From positions 261,702,001-261,766,000 of the forward strand of contig OZ024742.1 of NCBI GenBank assembly GCA_964016885.1: 64,000 nucleotides of DNA, given 5' to 3'. The translations under genes were made by a program, and so were the position numbers. Source of the stretch: Eledone cirrhosa. Lineage: Eukaryota. Positions 1 to 12,822 of this stretch are shown here, piece after piece (the stretch's first letter is position 1; each line of letters starts with the position of its first letter). The notes under the pieces are model-generated. The model did no database searches, was not told where the DNA came from, and saw nothing but the letters and a program-made list of their open reading frames with translations.

Positions 1-519
1 TATGAGACCTATCCAAACCATGTAGAAAGGTGCTGTCAGCAAAGTAAGTGTTAGCACTAAGCTCAGTGAAGATCAAGTTATATAATGCTTGAATAAGAAG
101 TGTGATACTGCATGGCTATAAAATATGGCACTCAACATGGAGGATATTTGGAGACTGGAAAAAAGTAAGGCTCTGTTGGATAGGTAGTGTCAGCATGCAT
201 GAAAGCCAGATTGCTATGGAAAGGACATACAAATGTATAATAATTGTTGGGTAATATATGGACAATTGAAAAATATGTGGGATTAAACAAGGCAAACAAA
301 AGGTGAGAAAAGAAGTCACAAGGTGAACAAAACATTTGAACAAAAACGTTTGAAAAATGTTTACAATAAAAATAATTAAATGAAAACAAAGGGAAATGAT
401 CTGATATTTTTGGTTCAACCTTTATTGAAGCAGAATGAAATAAGAAAAGTGTTGTAAATATATAAATGAGTTTTGCATCTAGGAAGTTCCCCCCTCTCTG
501 TGATGCAAGCCCAGGCAGG

Positions 520-685
520 TTGTTTTTCTGGAAGACCAGCAGTCACCCATGCATGCCAGCTGAGTGAACTGGAGCAACATGAAATAAAGTGCATTGCTCA
601 AGGACACAATGCACTGCCCAATCCAGAAATCAAATACACAACCTCACCACTATGAAACCAATGCTCTAACCACTAAGCAACATTC
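520..685 (-). mobile_element. tRNA-derived SINE fragment (CORE-like central domain)
   Basis: Reverse complement of the ccttgagcaagacactttatttcacattgctccagt module seen at 3651-3984. Confidence 0.7.
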
Positions 686-711
686 CTTCACAAAATATAC
701 ATACACACATA

Positions 712-744
<33 letters not shown>

Positions 745-1028
745 GTAAAAAATGTTATGAACTCAGATGTAAGCATATATGTTTATATGTATATACATTT
801 CAATGTAAGTGCATGCTTGTCTTCATCTTTATTTATATGTATTTATCTTTTTCATAAATGTTCTTAGGATGTATAAGGATGTATGGATATGACATATATA
901 TATATGTGTGTGCATATATATATATATTTCTATACACACATATGTATATGTGTATATAAATATATATATATACACATATACATATGTTTGTATAGAAAAA
1001 TATATATATATATCATATTCATACATAC

Positions 1029-1106
<78 letters not shown>

Positions 1107-1192
1107 ACATATATACATATATATAGGCATTTTTTTAAAGGCTTGGCAAGGTAATTTGCATGCTTTTAGTACATGTGTTGGTTCTTTCACAG

Positions 1193-1367
1193 CAACGTTG
1201 TCTGAAGGTTTTAACCTCCCTGCAAAGTTTGTCATTCACTGCCACGGTCCCACATGGTCAACCAAAAATAGTAAAGATTTACTAGCAAAGACCATAAAAA
1301 ACAGTCTATCTCTTGCTGAGAGGAAGAACTTTAGAACCATTGCCTTTCCTTCAGTGGGGAGTGGACG
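1193..1367 (+). CDS. MACROH2A: Core histone macroH2A, penultimate coding exon (macro domain)
   Basis: Acceptor ttctttcacAG, donor GTaagc. Encodes [58 protein letters not shown], matching the recalled macroH2A motif LPAKFVIHC...IAFPSIGSGR. Confidence 0.93.
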
Positions 1368-1879
1368 GTAAGCATCTTATTGTCAGAACTTGTTTCTAGA
1401 AGAAAGTAAAACAAACAAAACAAAAAACAGTTTTACACACCTACCTTATATTTCATGATATTTTGAAGTTGTGATGCCTGTTTCAAAAGAGAAGAAATGG
1501 AGTATGGTGCCATAAATGTCATATATATATATTGCAATCGAGAGGTTGTGGATTCAATTCGCGGACTGGGTGATGGGTTGTGTTCTTGAGCAAAACACAT
1601 TGCTTCAGTTTACTTAGTTGCGATATCACTGCTGTATCGACCATTGCCTTTCCCTTAGAATCGGTGGCATAGGCAACTGCTAGTCTTCCACAAACAGCTT
1701 TGCCCAGACTTGCACCTCAGATGGAAACTTTCGAGGTACAAATCCCATGGTCATTCATGACCAAAGGCAACCATTACCCTTACTCTATATATGTAAAAAG
1801 TAAACAGAAATAACAAAGCAAATGATAAAGTACAACAAAGAAATATATTAGTCTAATGCTAGAAATAATAGGAAAAGGT

Positions 1880-1915
1880 TCTTAACGTTTTGGACACTAG
1901 TCCTTCATCAGAAGA
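1880..1915 (-). ncRNA. Degenerate minimal type-I hammerhead ribozyme motif
   Basis: Minus strand reads tctt-CTGATGA-a-ggac tagt gtcc-AAAA-cg-TT-aaga. Stems I and II pair, but GAAA is mutated to AAAA. Confidence 0.55.
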
Positions 1916-3650
1916 TAGAATGAGAAATAAATGATGAAATAGAAAGTTAAAGAGTGACAAGAAGGAATGGTAAAAAAAAAAAGCATAATCAGTCAACCAT
2001 ATATATATATATACCCTTCTTTTGTTTTTGAAAAAAGGTTCCTGCCTAGAAATATCATAAAATATGAGGTAAAAGTGTAAACTGCTGTTTTGTTTTCTTT
2101 ACCTTACTTCACTCTACTTTTTCCTCCTATATTTAACTTGCATTGTATTGACTTTCCCCAAACAATCCTAACTACATATTTCACAATGTTTCACTAAAAC
2201 TATACTACTTAAAACTTATTTCCTTGCTGATTGTCCATCTTCCTTTCATGTGTTTTTGCTGATTGTCCATCTTCCTTTCATGTGTTTTAGTTTAATACTA
2301 ATGCATATTTATGTTTATCCCTGTGTTTATATTTCTCTCTGCATATGTATGTATGTTCTGAAAAGTTCCTAGGCTTAGTGGGTGGTTAGTGTGTTCGGCT
2401 CATGTTTGTAAGGTTGTGAGTTCAAGTCTTTGAGCAAGACACTTTATTTCACATTGCTTCATTCCTTTCAGCTGGAAAAATGAGTTGTATCTAATTCAAA
2501 AGCCCAGCTTTGTCACATACTATGTCAGGCTGATACTCATGAGAATTACATTAAGAGTACACATGCCTATAGACTACTGAGACATTTACGAGTTAATTTC
2601 ATGAGCAAACTGTTCTGTTGATCAAACAACTGGAACACTCATCGACAGAACCAATGGAGGGTTCATTCTACATAAGGCTGGAATAAAGAATCAAGTTTCC
2701 CCTACAATGGATACTTCACTTGGTTATGCTTTTATAGCTATGAGTGTGTCTATTTATTCACATCATCATCATTTAATGTCCATTTTTTCATGCTGGCATG
2801 GGTTGGATGGGTCATCACAAATCAACTTTGTATTTAATCAGAGTTATTTTCTTCCCAGATAGGTTGTCGGGGGCACATCTCACAGTTTTGGCATTGTTTC
2901 TACAGCTGGATACCATTCCTATCACTAGTCACATTACAAAGTGTACTGGACGCATTTTATCATAACACCAGCACATGGAGGATGTTGTGTTCTTGACAGA
3001 CACAACTGAAGAGTCCTATTAACCTTTTGTTTGACAAGATTTCTATGGCTGGATGCCTTCCTAATGTCAACCACTTTATTGTATACAGTGTGCATTTTTC
3101 TTGGCACCAGTACTTAAGAAGTTGTCTGTACATAACTAAATAGATATGTTGCAGTGATTCTATAAATTATTCTATTCCGTACATAACTGAATGGATATTC
3201 ATAGTGGTACTGTAAAATATTCTATCATACAAAACAAATTAGTAAGAATGCTAAATAAAGGTGAAAAATATCAAGTTTAGAACAATTAATTAGTTAACTC
3301 TTAACATCTTGTAATAATTTAACAGAAAATATCTAAAAACAGGATTGTTAATTCAAATTATTATAGTATCATTACTAGTGGACAGAGCACTGTGAAAATT
3401 TGTAGTAAACAAAAGCAGACTTTAACTATTACTGTGATGCTCACATAGTGCTGTTTTGTACTTTTTAAGAATGTCTTGCTAATGCTGTTTGATGTGGTAG
3501 ATGTTGAGAGTTAGTTAAAATGGAGAGTCATTTAAAAACAAAGTCTAGCTATAGAAAAATAAGCTAGTTTCTAATTATGTTCTTTCTGATAATCAGTGTG
3601 TGATTAACAAGTTCATTTCATAACCACATGGTTTTCAGGTTCATTCATGG

Positions 3651-3984
3651 AGGCACTGGTTAGAGCATTGGGCTTGCAATCGAAAGGTTGTGAGTTCAAT
3701 TGTCAGACCGGGTGATGTGTTGTTTCCTTGAGCAAGACACTTTATTTCACATTGCTCCAGTTTACTCAGCTGTAGAAATGAGATGATAGGACTGAGTTCC
3801 CTATCATTCCACTGCAAAGTGGTCGTGGAGGTGCCACGGCAAAAAAGCACCCAGCACTCACTGTAAATGAGGTTGGTGTTAGGAAGGGCATCCAGCTGTA
3901 GAAATTGAGCCAGAATCAGTTCCCGTCCCACCCTTGCAAGCAGGGAAAAGTGGACGTAAAATGAAATGATGATGAAATGATGAT
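3651..3984 (+). mobile_element. tRNA-derived SINE with RTE-like 3' tail
   Basis: A/B-box-like head (tggttagagc...gagttcaatt) and ccttgagcaagacac central domain. The 3' end cttgcaagcagggaaaagtggacgtaaaatga(tga)n is shared with the RTE 3' end near 48020-48066. Confidence 0.8.
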
Positions 3985-4333
3985 TCCCACTGCGTGGCAC
4001 CTTGCACAAGTATCTTCTACTTTAGCCTCAAGTTAATCAATTCCTTGTGAGTGAAATTTGGTAGGCAGAATCTGTAGAAGCCCATTGTATATATTTGTGT
4101 ATGTCCATATTTGTGTTTGTGTTTTATATCCTATAAGATAGCAATTAAACAAAAAGATATCAATAAAATAAGTACCAAATTTGAAAAAAATTAGTATTCA
4201 TGTTGATATGATCAATTAAAACCCGTTAAAAAAGTGCCCCAGTATGGTCACAATCTAATGATTGAAACCAGTAAAAGAATAAATGACAATAAAATAATGT
4301 TATAACATTACCTGACATATCATGCCTGCCTAA

Positions 4334-4522
<189 letters not shown>

Positions 4523-4650
4523 ATCCTTCCACTGACCTGCTACCCACCAAACTTGTTCCTTATATGTCATTGAATTCTCTCCCATTCTTATGGGTTCTGT
4601 TGGTTGTTATTGTTGATGTTGATGTTTTTGTTTTGTTTTTCTTGTTATCT

Positions 4651-4909
4651 TTAACTCTTTCATTACCATATTTCTAATGAAAAACACTGCCTATGATTTT
4701 CAAATCATTTTGAAAATAAAGAATTTAGAAAGATTTAGTAGTATAACTAACTTTCTCACTATTAAGTTGATGCTTGGAGCCTAGCTTAACAAAGGTTCTT
4801 ACATAGAATAATGATGGAAGAATTTTAGCTAAATATAAATATTTTAAAATAAATAACCTCATATCATAAAACCAGGGAAGTTTCAGGCAGTTTGGTATCA
4901 AAAGAGTTA
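4651..4909. mobile_element. TTAA-flanked MITE (piggyBac-like) in the macroH2A 3' region
   Basis: ttaa-ctcttttcattacc ... ggtatcaaaagag-ttaa termini. Related copies at 42776-43022 (inverted) and about 57025-57240. Confidence 0.7.
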
Positions 4910-5229
4910 ATGCAGAAACAATTTAGAGAACTGTCAACTACAAACTTATTTTTCCTGACTACAAAATACAGCTATGGAAACATGAGAATACATACGCAAA
5001 CATAAACACACTCATTCATACACACATACAAAGAAATATACACATATACATAAATTTGTCCAACCCATGCCAGCATGGAACACAAATGTAAAATGGTGAT
5101 AGTGATGATGAAAACAGAATGGGGACTTTATGGAAATTTTACTAATTAGTATATCAACTCTGTACCTAAAAGTTCATCAAGTACTACCCTTATCTGTGGT
5201 CTTATTGACCTCTATACTTTGAACTCTTC

Positions 5230-5279
<50 letters not shown>

Positions 5280-5855
5280 TTAACAACAAGTGTTTTAAGG
5301 CTATATTCTCTATTAAAGCAAGAATTAGTCTTGTTACAGGACCCATGACAAGTTGTATACTCATCATGGCGTTTTGCATCTTGATACCCTTCCTAGTACC
5401 AACCTTACACTAAATATGCCAGCACATGCATACACAGATTCACCCACATATGTAAATGTTGAAAATATTGACAGATCTTAAAATATTATTTATCTTTCTT
5501 CTTGTTGTTGTTATCTTTCTTGTCATCACATTATCTTCAGCATCAGCAACATCATCATTGTTAAATGAGTAAGAGAATTATCTCCCAGCCAGCCAAACTT
5601 GCCTGCAAGCTGTTGTTTGGTTCTTGGTTGTTTCACTTCACTCGCAGTGTTTATACATCTGAGGGAGTCATGAATATCACACAATCTCCATTTATAGTCT
5701 AGGTCCTATGAAATCAACATCATCATCATAGTTGCCATTAGTATTATCACTTCTATTTATTCAGCATTGTGTTGTCCTCTGTAAGTATTTGGATTGCTCA
5801 ACATAAAACTGTCTCCTTCAGCCTTAGGTATCAGGCACCATTATTATTTATTGTG

Positions 5856-8393
5856 GGCGGTGAATTGGCAGTATCGGTAGAGAGTCGGACGCCATGCTTT
5901 GCAGCATAGTTACGTCCCTTTACGATCTGAGTTCAAATCCCGCCGAGGTTAACTTTGCCTTTCATCCTTACCGGGGTCGATAAAATAAAGTACCAGTAAT
6001 GTACTGCGTAATTGCTGGCCTTGTGCCAAAAGTAGAAACAATTATTATTTATTGTAGTTTTGCCTTTCATCTTTACAGGGTCAATAAAATAAAGGTACCA
6101 ATAATGTACTGGGGTTGATTTAATCAGCTTCCCCTCCCTTAAAATTGCTGGCTTTGAGCCTAAATCAGAAACCACGGCCCTTGCCATTCTGAGTTCAAAT
6201 CCCGCCGAGGTTAACTTTGCCTTTCATCCTTATGGGGTCGATAAAATAAAGTACCAGTAATACACTGGGTAATTGCTGGCCTTGTGCCAAAACTAGAAAC
6301 AATTATTATTATCAGTATTACCAGATCAGACAAAATGCCTCAGGATATTTAGTTATGACCCTTTACATTCTTGTTTACATTCAGTTATGCCCCTTTAAGT
6401 TCAAATTTTACTATGGTCAACTTTGTCTGTCATCCCGCCACGATCGATAAAATAAAATACCAGTCAAGTACTGGAGTCAATGAAAATGACCACTACCTCC
6501 TTCCCACCAAACTTCTGGCCAGGTGCCTAAATTAGGAACCATTATTTTTAATGAACTGGGTAATTGCTGGCCTTGTGCCTAAAGTAGAAACAATTATTTT
6601 TTTCTTGATTATAATTATAGGATGATGGATTGGCAGAGTTATTAGAGTGTCAGACAAAAATGCCCTGCAGTATTTGTTCCAGCCCTTTACATTCTGAGTT
6701 CAAATCATGTAAGGGTGAATAAAATAAAGTACCAGTCGAGAATTGGATTCAAGTTAATCAACTTACCTCCCACCAAATTGCTGGCCTTGTGCCACCCTTA
6801 GTCTGCCACTAGTTTCATTTTCCTAGTTGAAACAACTTTTTTATACTGCTGATATACTTGAGGAAGGCATTATTTGCCACATAATCTTATCCTCTCCCTC
6901 CTGTACATATTTATGGCTCTGTGCCTGTGTTGTAAATCATTGTGACATAGGGTTATGGCCCTTTACATTCTGAGTTCAAATCCTGCTATGGTTAGCTTTG
7001 TTTTTCATCCTTATGGGGTCAATAAAATGAAGTACCAGTAATGCATTGGGGTTGATTTAATCAACTTTCCCCTCCCCAAAATTGTTGGCCTTGTGCCTAA
7101 ATCAGAAACCATGCCATTCATTCCTTGGGACAATATAATCGACTTTTGTTGTTTCTAAACTTGTGCCTATGTTAGAAATTCTTATTATTGTTGTTCTTGT
7201 TAGGACAGTGGATTGGCAGTATTGGTAGAGAGTCGGACACCATGCTTTGCAGCATAGAGTTACGGTCTGAGTTCCAATCCCGCTGAGGTTAACTTTGCCT
7301 TTCATCCTTAAGGGGTGATAAAATAAAGCACCAGTAACGTACTGGGGTTGGTTTAATCAACTTTCCCCTTCCCCCAAATTAATGGCCTTGTGCCTATAGT
7401 AGAATTCATTATTGTTGTTCTTGTTAAAGGGTTGGTTCGGCAGTATCAGTAAAGCATTGGACATGCTTTGCAGCATATAGTTACATTCCTTTAAGTTCTG
7501 AGTTCAAATCCTGCCAAGGTTAGCTTTGCCTTTCGTTCTTACAGGGTCGATAAAATAAAATACCAATAATGCACTGGGAGCCATTTAATCAACTTTCCCT
7601 TTCCCCCAAATTGTTGACCGTGTGCCTAAAATAGGAACCATTATTGTTGTTCTTGTTAGGATGGTGGCTGACAGAATCAGTACAATGCTCTTGTGATATT
7701 TTGTTGCATCTCTTTATGTTTCCAGTTTCAAATTCTACCATGGAAAACCCAGCCTTTTGTCATTCTGGAGTCAATATATGTACCAGTCATGTACAGGAGT
7801 CGATATGATCAACTATACATGCCCCCACAACTCTCCACCAAAACAAAAATTAGTGGCCTGGTGCCTATGTTAGAAATAATTATTATCATCATCATCATCA
7901 TCATCATTGTCATGATCATTATTATTGATATGCATGGCTTAGTGTTCAGATAATTGGATTTGTAATCTCACAATTGCGAGTTTGATTCTTGGACCAAGCA
8001 ATGCGTTATGTCCTTCAGCAAGAACTTTTATTTCACATTGCTCTTTCTCCCAAGAGTTGCGATAGGTAATTAGTATCAGCAATGGAAACATTGTTTCCCT
8101 AGTCCAATTGGATGAGTTCCACCCTCACTCGGTAAACAAATTAGGTGTGGAATCTTGTCAATGGATAATATATATACCATCATCATTATTAATATTCAAT
8201 ATTAGGGTGGTGAATTGGCAGTATCGGTAGAGGGTTGGACGCCATGCTGTCTAGCATAGTTACGTCCCTTTACAGTCTGAGTTCAAATCCCACCGAGGTT
8301 AACTTTGCCTTTCATCCTTACGGGGTCGATAAAATAAAGTACCAGTAATGTACTGGTAATTGCTGGCCTTGTGCCTAAAGTAGAAACAATTAT
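5856..8393 (+). mobile_element. Cluster of about 10 co-oriented copies of a second tRNA-type SINE family
   Basis: Repeated module ctgagttcaaatcccgccgaggttaactttgcctttcatcctt..ggggtcgataaaataaagtaccagt...gctggccttgtgcc..aa.tagaaac followed by (att)n. Confidence 0.85.
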
Positions 8394-8519
8394 TAATATT
8401 CAATATATATGAGCTATTTATGCAAATGGTTAAAGTTTTAGAGTAAACTATATATAATGACATGAATAATATAAAAAAGAAAGAAATATATATATATATA
8501 TAATCTGTTCCAACAGTGG

Positions 8520-9300
8520 CATATGCTGATACTTAAGTTTCATTGGGTTTAATGCCAAATCATTCAGTCAGCCATATTATATTGGAATACTTCCAAGAAA
8601 ATTCTTGATCATATAAGAGAGAGATCTAAGAGCAAAGAACTCCATTTAATTAAATGAATTATGGTTAAACTTTATATATGTAAGGGAGATAATTCTAACA
8701 AGAACTAAAGCAGAAGTGACCTCCACTTAACAAAAGCCTAGACTTATGTAGATATGTCAGAGAGCAGTTTCCTGAACCACCAAATGACCTTCAGACATCC
8801 TGACAAGAAGCAAACCCCATATGAAACCTCAAAGAAAACGGCATAGAGTTCTCCATAAAATGGAGAATACTGGAAAAATCCACACCTTACATCAAAGGAG
8901 TGAAAACCTGTTATTTATGTAGTGCAGAAAAATGGAATATACTCTCACAACTATCTTCTAAAAAATACTGCCTATATACACGATTATATTTTTTCAATCG
9001 ACCTCCTCAAGAATCTAAGTTCTTTCTGAGGAGATGGTCTCAGCCAAACTAAAATTTTCAGTTTTACTCTTGTTATTTCTCTGCACACAAGTTACCCCAT
9101 TTTTTATTTTCTTAATAGAATTATCTCTCCTACATATATAAAGATTAACAGTAATTTAATTAATTGCGATTTTTTTACGGTTCCCTGACTTTAAACCTCT
9201 CCTATATGATCAAGAATCTTCCTGTAAGTACTCCATCACAATATGATAGGCTAAATGAGTTGTCTTTAAAACCAACAAAATTTAAGTATCATTACCACTC
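8520..9300 (+). mobile_element. Old Penelope-like relic: GIY-YIG C-terminal remnant between diverged inverted repeats
   Basis: About 8845-8950 translates as FSIKWRILEKSTPYIKGVKTCYLCSAEKWNIL, similar to the endonuclease end of the 18907 ORF. 8520-8705 and 9107-9295 are diverged inverted copies. Confidence 0.6.
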
Positions 9301-9588
9301 TTGTAACTCATTATACATAACCCATCCCATGGATTGAGTGCTGTAAACACTTGGATATTTATGCCAAGTTTATACTATAATATATATATATATCAGTTGT
9401 TGGGGATGATCATATTGCCAATAAAAGACAAACGAATTATTTAATTTTCAATTCAGCTTTATTGTTAGTTCATCAAATTTCTTTTGTCACACTATTTGTT
9501 TTCCTCTGTGCCTCTTCTTTCTTATCTTATTTTGTTTACTTTTCTTTTTTGTTGGTAGTATTAGCAACATTACCATCCCTGAATGTAG

Positions 9589-9673
<85 letters not shown>

Positions 9674-9689
9674 CATATATATATATATA

Positions 9690-10109
9690 TGTAGGAGGTG
9701 AGTTTTATTGTAGTACAATAAAGCAATGCAGATATCGGATAAGAAGCACTCTACAGTTTGTGGGACTGGAGTATGCATAATATAAGATCAAAAGATGGTT
9801 AAAGGAGTTCAATATATTTTATTATGCGCATTTCAAAAACAAACATCATCAAACAATAATATTTGTGTTTTCATCAGATAAAACAGGAGAACATGATATG
9901 AAGGCTAAAAAAACACTTGTTGATAGTGCAGTTTTAATATATGTTGATATGTTGATTTAAAACTGCACCATCAACAAGTGTTTTTTTAGCCTTCATATCA
10001 TGTTCTCCTGTTTTATCTGATGAAAACACAAATATTATTGTTTGATGATGTTTGTTTTTGAAATGCGCATAATAAAATATATTGAACTCCTTTAACCATC
10101 TTTTGATCT

Positions 10110-10117
<8 letters not shown>
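9690..10117. mobile_element. Non-coding fold-back element with 161-bp inverted arms, one hammerhead per arm
   Basis: Arms 9777-9937 and 9957-10117 are reverse complements with 1 mismatch and a 19-nt loop. Bounded by (TA)n tracts. Confidence 0.85.
10011..10077 (+). ncRNA. Type-I hammerhead ribozyme (mirror copy on - strand at 9817-9883)
   Basis: ttttat-CTGATGA-[long G-U-rich stem II]-GAAA-tgcgca-TA-ataaaa. Stem I is ttttat/ataaaa, stem III is palindromic, cleavage triplet AUA. Confidence 0.8.
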
Positions 10118-10167
<50 letters not shown>

Positions 10168-10377
10168 GTATATATATATATGTATATATACATATATATA
10201 TAGAGATATAGATAGGTAAATATACACGGGTGTGTATGATTGTGTATAGAAGATTATATTAATAAGAGGAATTCCAACTTTGTCTGATTTACTCGTTTTA
10301 TTTACAATCCTTTAAAATATTTATAATGGTATTATAATGAAATAGTATGATAGAATATTAAATTCTAAGTGTTAATT

Positions 10378-10414
10378 GAACAAGTACTTTCATACTTTCG
10401 CAATCTTCAGGTTC
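10378..10414 (-). ncRNA. Minimal type-I hammerhead in the 3' UTR of the Neptune-like element
   Basis: Minus strand reads gaac-CTGAAGA-ttgc gaaa gtat-GAAA-gtac-TT-gttc. Stem I is gaac/gttc and stem III gtac is palindromic. Confidence 0.75.
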
Positions 10415-10791
10415 ATGATATGTGGTGACAGTCGAGTTTGCAATTTTCAACTGTAATGAGATGGGTAAATTTCCTACATTTTATACAGAGAAAAGTGGCT
10501 CCAGAATGCAAAGCCCTGTAAACTGTATTTCGACCAATCAGTATGTAGTTTCACTGAATTACTACAGCTGATTGGTTTAAGCGTCACGGCTGGTTGAGCA
10601 TGCTAACGACCAATAGTCATATCCAACGTATCAATTGTTTTGCTTTTTTTGAAATGATGAAAATAGCATTTTCTATTAATCATCACCATCAACATCACTT
10701 TTATTATTATTATTATTGTTGTTGTTGTTGTTGTTGTTGTTGTTAGTGGTCGTGGTCATAGTGGTAGTAGAAGTAATACCCCTAGGCGTTA

Positions 10792-12822
10792 TTATTGTTC
10801 ATTTAGCTTGGGTTTGAATTTATCAATAAAATTCTTTTCTTTGATTTTTCTCTTGATTTCACTTGGGCTGTGTAATTTGTAGAATGGGAATATTATAAAT
10901 ATTCCCTGACCACATGTTGCCAGGTGGCCGCTTAGGGGTATCTGACGGACATTTGGGTCTCTGATTTGTTGACGGTGTACCCGTGCACGTTCCGATAGTG
11001 CATTTCCAGTTTGACCGACATATAGATCTTCACAATTCGGGCATTTAATGCAGTAAATTAGATTTCTGCTTTTGCAGTTCATATTTGCATTTGGGAATAT
11101 TTTTCCAGTTTTTGTTTTCATATATTGACCAGCGTGTATGGATTGACATGTGCCGCATCGATTATCATTGCATTTAGATACAGTGAATGATTGGTCTTTG
11201 TTGTTAAGGTCAAACTTTGCTTTTGTTAGCAATTGCTTCGTATTTTTTGGCTGTCTTTTACTAAGAGTCAAAGATCGATCTGTGATTAAGCCTTTTAATT
11301 CATTACTTTGAGCAATGATCGGTAGGTTTACTTTGGCAGCGTTGAAGATATTCTGGTGACATGGGTTGTGTGTCATTATAAATGGTATGACCAGTTCTTG
11401 GTTTCTTCTTCCTTGGGTTGTTCTAAGTTGTTGTATAGGTATTTTTATAGCCCGCTGTATGCCATTTTCTATAAGTAGAGATGGGTATTTTTGTTTGAGC
11501 AAAAATTCTCTTAGTTCTGTTAGGCGTTTGTACCTGGTATTCGTATCTTCTACAATGGTACAAATTCTTCTGGCTAGGCAGTATGGGATGTTGCGTTTTG
11601 TATGAGGTGGATGGCACGACTTAAAATTCAGATATTGATGGGTGTCTGTGTGTTTATAATATATATCCGTGGTAATTGTGGTGTCGTTTTTGATTATCAT
11701 TATATCTAGGAATGGTAATTTGGTCCTACTCATCTCTTTTGTGAATTGGAGAGATGGGTGTAGGTTATTCAGGAGGATATTGAACTCATCCAGAGTATCT
11801 AGAGATTCTGTCCAGATGATGAAACAGTCGTCAAGGTATCTCTTCCAAGATTTTTCAATGTACTTTCTAAAGTCAGTACTATATATTTCCTCTATTTCTT
11901 GGTAGAGTTGTTGTTCTAAGTATCCCATTACAGAGTTCGCGTAAACGGGAGCAAACTTCGTTCCCATCGCTGTGCCTCTAATTTGGATGTAATTCTTTCC
12001 ATTGAAGAAGAAAGTGTTGTTTTCCAGAATAAGTTTAACTGCGTCTAATATAAATGGCGCTGTGAATCTAATGGGAATCACTTCTCTATGTTTTTCTACC
12101 CAGTATTTAACCGCCTTTATTCCTAAATCATGTGTAATGTTGGTGTAAAGGCTTACCACATCAAAACTGAGTAGAAGTGAATTCGTTTCCGTGGTTTTGG
12201 GAAGATGGGACAGGAAGTCGATATCATCCCGGATGAAACTGGGTATGTGAATACATAGTGGTTTCAAAATAATGTCAACAAAATTGCTTAGACGGTGAGT
12301 GGGGCATGTTGGACCAGCTATAATAGGTCTAAGTTTTAAGTCTTTTGGGTGTAATAATTTAATGTACTCACTGTTTTGTTCTCTTACTGCCAGTTGTATT
12401 TCTTTTGACTTGTGAACTTTCGGTAGGCCATACAGGTTGCTGGGTTTCGGCTCAAAATTGGTGATATAGTCTCTTTCCTTATCAGTAAATGAGTTGTGGT
12501 ATTTTGAAGCCAGGTTGTTGATCTTCTTCATGATGTTGTGGTCTATATTTGACGGTATTTCATGATAGAATGTTGTGTCTTTCAGTTGTTCCTCAACCAA
12601 ATCCTTGTAGTATTCAGTATCCATTATAACAACTGCACCCCCTTTATCTGCTTGTTTAATTATTATTGTTTTATCATTTTGTATACGTTTAAGTGCAGAC
12701 ATTTCTGATTTGTTAATGTTTGGCCTAACATTAGTATTATGTCTAAGAGGAAATTTAGACAGGATGTCAATGTATTGGGCGAGATAGATATTTCTTCCTT
12801 TTGGCGGGGTGAAATTTGATTT
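10792..12822 (-). CDS. Penelope-like reverse transcriptase + GIY-YIG endonuclease (about 675 uninterrupted codons, no native start)
   Basis: Motifs [42 protein letters not shown], Cys linker [28 protein letters not shown]...E..FI...PKLN. Confidence 0.92.
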   Translation of the reverse strand, partial: KSNFTPPKGRNIYLAQYIDILSKFPLRHNTNVRPNINKSEMSALKRIQNDKTIIIKQADKGGAVVIMDTEYYKDLVEEQLKDTTFYHEIPSNIDHNIMKKINNLASKYHNSFTDKERDYITNFEPKPSNLYGLPKVHKSKEIQLAVREQNSEYIKLLHPKDLKLRPIIAGPTCPTHRLSNFVDIILKPLCIHIPSFIRDDIDFLSHLPKTTETNSLLLSFDVVSLYTNITHDLGIKAVKYWVEKHREVIPIRFTAPFILDAVKLILENNTFFFNGKNYIQIRGTAMGTKFAPVYANSVMGYLEQQLYQEIEEIYSTDFRKYIEKSWKRYLDDCFIIWTESLDTLDEFNILLNNLHPSLQFTKEMSRTKLPFLDIMIIKNDTTITTDIYYKHTDTHQYLNFKSCHPPHTKRNIPYCLARRICTIVEDTNTRYKRLTELREFLLKQKYPSLLIENGIQRAIKIPIQQLRTTQGRRNQELVIPFIMTHNPCHQNIFNAAKVNLPIIAQSNELKGLITDRSLTLSKRQPKNTKQLLTKAKFDLNNKDQSFTVSKCNDNRCGTCQSIHAGQYMKTKTGKIFPNANMNCKSRNLIYCIKCPNCEDLYVGQTGNALSERARVHRQQIRDPNVRQIPLSGHLATCGQGIFIIFPFYKLHSPSEIKRKIKEKNFIDKFKPKLNEQ

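Larger units (their letters stand above)
10205..12822 (-). mobile_element. Penelope-like retroelement (Neptune-like), 5'-truncated
   Basis: RT-GIY-YIG ORF plus a roughly 590-bp 3' UTR containing a hammerhead. Both ends abut (TA)n tracts. Confidence 0.9.

Noticed and set aside
829-1235. YI/IY-rich ORFs here and near 9460, 12660, 18180, 35750, 48550 and 57570
   Set aside because: Translations of (TA)n/(CA)n microsatellites, not genes.
3651-3715. tRNA gene
   Set aside because: Only A/B-box-like remnants heading a SINE, with no cloverleaf.
9777-10117. Palindrome as an assembly or chimeric-read artefact
   Set aside because: It has a defined loop and an arm mismatch, and an independent element at 38120 has the same architecture. 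An artefact is unlikely but not excluded without reads.
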